From: Paraphysomonas bandaiensis
Lineage: Eukaryota > Protista > Chrysophyceae
Length of the DNA stretch: 64,000 nucleotides
Direction: 5' to 3'
NCBI GenBank assembly: GCA_965644295.1
Contig: CBFFRP010000436.1
Coordinates: 25,160 to 89,159, forward strand
Each line of letters starts with the position of its first letter. The first letter of the stretch is position 1. This document shows, in pieces, positions 62,740 to 64,000 of this stretch. The translations under genes were made by a program, and so were the position numbers. Under the pieces are notes generated by a model. It made no database searches, was not told where the DNA came from, and saw only the letters and a program-made list of their open reading frames with translations.

Positions 62740-63262
62740 CGGCATCCTTCGTATATTTTTGTTCCAAGATGCCTCTAATATTGAGACAATAATTATGTGT
62801 ATTCCAGTCGTAGTTGTGCTGCAGTAATATAGACAAATTTTGCTTCAATTGTTTTCCGAAAAATAAGATGCATACGCCTCCATCGAGCTGTTCGGTACAT
62901 GTTACTGAAAATCTATAAGGGTGAGATTTCGGGGGTTTTCAGGAAAAGTATGAAAAATAATTACACTCGCGTTAAGATAGCAGATATCCGGATATATGGT
63001 GACGAATCTTGCTTGGAACGGGCTTTTTTTCATAAAACCCTACTTTTTATGCTTTTTATGTGATAAACCTTATTTTTGGTGATATTTATGAAATTGATCA
63101 AAGTAGCAACATATCATTTATACGTATATCTTATTTTTCGAAAATAAATTGAAGCAAATATACTCTATATTACTTACATACAACTACGGTTGGAATACAG
63201 ATAATTATTGTCTCAATATTAGAGGCATCTTGGAACAAAAATATACAAAGGATGCCAATACG
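62740..63262. mobile_element. ~520-bp MITE formed by two inward-facing ~135-bp arms (pogo-like family)
   Basis: 62740-62877 and 63120-63262 are reverse complements and match the arms at 22.7, 23.2 and 26.9 kb. Confidence 0.8.
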
Positions 63263-63351
63263 TATATGGGATACATGCAGAGAGTACAATAAGCCTGAAT
63301 GTATCATTCATTCCATATACTTACATACTTCCATTACTTCATCTGCTGTAT

Positions 63352-63545
63352 GTGGCGATGTCAGAGAAGTGCAGCATTGGTACCAAGTACAAGAAATCGT
63401 TAAGAAGTTACTCCGATGTGGAGAAATCCAAGTTTGTGAAAGAATATAAAGAGGGTCATTTCAAATCTTTCAGTCAATTCGTTGCGTACAAGGAGAACAT
63501 TTTCAGTCGTGCAGCATTCTCGAATTGGATGAAAGCCATGGTACA
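63352..63545 (+). pseudogene. Possible HTH N-terminus of a DNA transposase
   Basis: RSYSDVEKSKFV...FSRAAFSNWMK resembles CENP-B/psq-type HTH starts; no catalytic domain follows. Confidence 0.35.
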
Positions 63546-64000
63546 TGTCTGTCATCTTAGCGCGAGTGCACTGTCCACAGCCTTAAACTGTAAAAAAACC
63601 CTTATTTTAAGTATAAAAGTGCACTTTTTAAGCAAAAAAAATCCATCATATTAGTGGAACTGTTGCATGGGATAGAGCAAGGACAAGGACAAGGACAGGA
63701 CAGGGCTGGGTACAAATCAAGTGAAATGACACAAAGTAAATATGACTGTTATTTTCAGTTTATGCAGAACAAGTGACTGTATAAGATATGCAGAAAGCAC
63801 ATAGGAATATGATGTCATGTTTCTTCTTTTCGAGGTGCATGCATCCATATGATGCAACAACCACACATCCATCTCAAGAAAGCTTCATTAATTAAGTTAT
63901 TGTCGTTAAGGTTTACAATGATCATTTGTAGAAACACTTTTGCTATTGTGTGCATAAGAGTTTTGGTCATTTTAGGCTTATCAGCAACACATGCATCAAC

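Overview
The window has two parts. Positions ~1-6800 are bacterial DNA of gammaproteobacterial, plausibly Legionellales-like, character. It is a scrambled patchwork: ankyrin tail, effector-like ORF, sucC fragment fused to 5' pnp, rpsO with an internal deletion, intact truB and rbfA, 3' infB joined head-to-head to 3' hlyD, and 5' tolC fused to an unrelated acidic tail. From ~6.9 kb onward the DNA is an AT-rich, intron-containing, repeat-rich eukaryotic genome, probably a stramenopile protist (inference). The 7-33 kb region is accessory. It holds a ~6 kb diverged palindrome centred on a GTGTAA-N6-TTACAC dyad next to a Crypton tyrosine recombinase with the same dyads upstream, and a second decayed Crypton with its own dyad pair. 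It also holds a pogo-like transposase pseudogene and three Crinkler/RHS-type NTPase+REase genes; two are near-identical copies with a mitochondrial-presequence-like N-terminus, and two sit directly behind a pogo-like terminal repeat. The 33-60 kb region carries spliced host genes (ALDH3, RPS25, ABHD17, atypical membrane-anchored Hsp70, Myb, GPCR-like) and an unspliced ArsS radical SAM gene. It also carries long TACA microsatellites, MULE/hAT MITEs and small virus-like relics (HNH-AP2, dUTPase tail). No rRNA, tRNA or CRISPR array was seen. All assignments come from motif recognition by eye; no database searches were run.
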